Origin: an uncultured Dehalococcoidales bacterium
GTDB taxonomy: Bacteria > Chloroflexota > Dehalococcoidia > Dehalococcoidales > E44-bin46
Assembly (NCBI GenBank): GCA_964354655.1
Contig: CAYHAL010000003.1
Location: forward strand, 3,670 to 67,669
DNA length: 64,000 nucleotides
Direction: 5' to 3'
The notes beneath the pieces were generated by a model that saw nothing but the letters and a program-made list of their open reading frames with translations, had not been told where the DNA came from and did no database searches. The first letter of the stretch is position 1; each line of letters starts with the position of its first letter. Made by a program: the position numbers and the translations under genes. Shown one piece after another: positions 62,651 through 64,000 of the stretch.

Positions 62651-63478
62651 CTACAATAATCCCAGGTGCCAAAATCCCAGGTACCAACTGAGGATGTTAT
62701 TCCCCCATAGCAGGGTGGCTATGGTTGCCACTGCCAGAAAAGGACCAAACGGGATAGGCTCTTTCCGTGTCTTTTTTCTAAGTAGGAGAAGAATTCCAGC
62801 CACCAACCCACCGACAATTACTCCCATAAGCAAAGCGACAAATACCAAGGGGAAGCCGGTAACCAGCCCTATCAGTCCCGCCATTTTAACATCCCCCCAC
62901 CCCATTCCACCCCGGTAGACAAGGGCGGGAATTAACAGCAAGACGAAGCCAACGGCGCCGCCGATAACACCGTCAACAGCCTCCGGCCAAGGGAGGGGGA
63001 TAATCCTTGACTGGGGTAAGAAGATACTGATAATCAGGGCTACTACCATTGCCGGATAGACTATCTTGTTCAGGATGAGTTTGTGTTCTAGGTCGATAAC
63101 CATAATCACAATGAAGAGGTAGCAATAACCGGCGGTAACTGCAAAATCAACGCTAAAACCATATCGCCAGTAGACAAAGGCAAGCAGCAGTCCGCTACCA
63201 AGCTCCACCCAGAATAGACGCCAGGGAATAGTTGCCTGGCAATACCGACAGTGGCGACGTAGCCGTATGAAGCTAAATACCGGGACATTGTCTTTCACCG
63301 CCAGGCGATGATCACAGGCATCGCAGTGAGACGGTGGCTTGACCAGCGATTTTCCAGCCGGGATGCGGTCAATACAGACGTTTAGGAAACTGCCAATAGC
63401 AGCACCGAGTAAGCCAAAGACAACCATTAATACAACTTCCATTTGAGACATTTTGCCTGTTTTTGAAATGAACGTCAA
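62651..63478 (-). CDS. pilD: Prepilin peptidase (A24 family)
   Basis: 275 aa with the zinc-ribbon-like CDACDHRL...CRYCQ and the conserved GWGDVK and PFGPFL motifs. Confidence 0.85.
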   Translation of the reverse strand: MTFISKTGKMSQMEVVLMVVFGLLGAAIGSFLNVCIDRIPAGKSLVKPPSHCDACDHRLAVKDNVPVFSFIRLRRHCRYCQATIPWRLFWVELGSGLLLAFVYWRYGFSVDFAVTAGYCYLFIVIMVIDLEHKLILNKIVYPAMVVALIISIFLPQSRIIPLPWPEAVDGVIGGAVGFVLLLIPALVYRGGMGWGDVKMAGLIGLVTGFPLVFVALLMGVIVGGLVAGILLLLRKKTRKEPIPFGPFLAVATIATLLWGNNILSWYLGFWHLGLL

Positions 63479-63625
63479 TAGCTCTAGCTTTGAAGCAGCA
63501 CTACTCCTTCAATCTACACAGGACTTTCTTCTCATGCTAAAGGGTTACTAATAACCCATTGTAGTCTATAGACCTGAGATTTTAAATAGAAGTACAGCCT
63601 AAATAAGGACGAAAGGAGGTGAGAA

Positions 63626-64000
63626 ATGGTGAAAAAATTCCTCAAGCATTTCCGCTATGGGCAGAAGGGCTTTACTCTGATTGAGTTGCTGGTGGTAATC
63701 GGTATCCTCGGTGCTATCGCGGCTATCGTTGTCCCCAATGTCGGCAAGTACATCGGTCGAGGCAAGACTGAATCTTATGAGACTGAACTGCACAATATCC
63801 AGACATCAACGATGGCAATGATGGTCGATAGCCTAACCGGTAAATTGGATGCGGCAGTAGGTCCTACTTCGGACATGAGCACTGTACTGGCCACTAGTTT
63901 AGGTGGCACAGCAGGGGATTTGCAACTAAGCGATTACTGTACTGGACTCGGGGATGACCCAACCACGCCTCTACCAGAGACGACATGTGTCAAGACTGGC
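63626..64000 (+). CDS. Type IV pilin / pseudopilin with prepilin N-terminal cleavage-methylation motif (3' end beyond the window)
   Basis: ATG at 63626 behind GAAAGGAGGTGAG. My translation is MVKKFLKHFRYGQKGFTLIELLVVIGILGAIAAIVVPN.... The frame stays open to the end of the window, so it is absent from the ORF track. Confidence 0.8.
   Translation, partial: MVKKFLKHFRYGQKGFTLIELLVVIGILGAIAAIVVPNVGKYIGRGKTESYETELHNIQTSTMAMMVDSLTGKLDAAVGPTSDMSTVLATSLGGTAGDLQLSDYCTGLGDDPTTPLPETTCVKTG

Overview
This is a bacterial chromosomal window from an anaerobe. Synteny and gene content loosely recall Chloroflexota/Dehalococcoidia-like genomes, but that is inference only.

**Left part (1-12.7 kb).** It holds a NuoE/NuoF-like flavoprotein pair, a Cys-rich protein, a LuxR-type two-component system and a 2-oxoacid chain-elongation gene set (dehydratase large and small subunits, dehydrogenase, synthase). 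It also holds a metallophosphoesterase and a Zn/Mn-type ABC importer with a Fur-family regulator.

**Centre (12.8-37.9 kb).** This is the most interesting part: a methylamine-utilisation / pyrrolysine island.
- The bacterial split-type Pyl cassette is complete but sits in two separated halves: pylSc-pylB-pylC on the + strand and pylD-pylT-pylSn on the - strand.
- Three methylamine methyltransferase genes each carry one in-frame TAG at the expected pyrrolysine position (mtbB, mtmB, mttB).
- Supporting genes are two corrinoid proteins, a RamA-like corrinoid activase, a MetH-activation-domain-like protein and a pterin-binding methyl-THF:corrinoid methyltransferase.
- Two paralogous Liv-type ABC importer units bracket the block, and a single orphan livF lies inside it.
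- A degenerate second copy of pylT, in inverted orientation, is fused to the 3' end of pylC.

**Right of the island (38.5-48.8 kb).** A metV-metF methylene-THF reductase pair is embedded among three HdrA-like flavoproteins, one of them a 1485-aa HdrA/GltD-like fusion. Two MvhD genes and an HdrC-like ferredoxin are also present. No HdrB is visible.

**Island remnant (48.8-55.7 kb).** This is a decayed tRNA-Arg-associated genomic island. Direct repeats made of an integrase 3' end plus a tRNA 3' half flank it. The cargo is a FabF-like ketosynthase, an acyl-CoA ligase, a methyltransferase-like gene and a U32-like gene.

**Far right.** tRNA-Arg and tRNA-His, an Smr protein, a LuxR response regulator, a 7TM-GAF-GGDEF-HD-GYP sensor, a GH3-family enzyme, small DNA-binding proteins, a prepilin peptidase and a type IV pilin.

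No CRISPR array, rRNA or intact IS element was seen.
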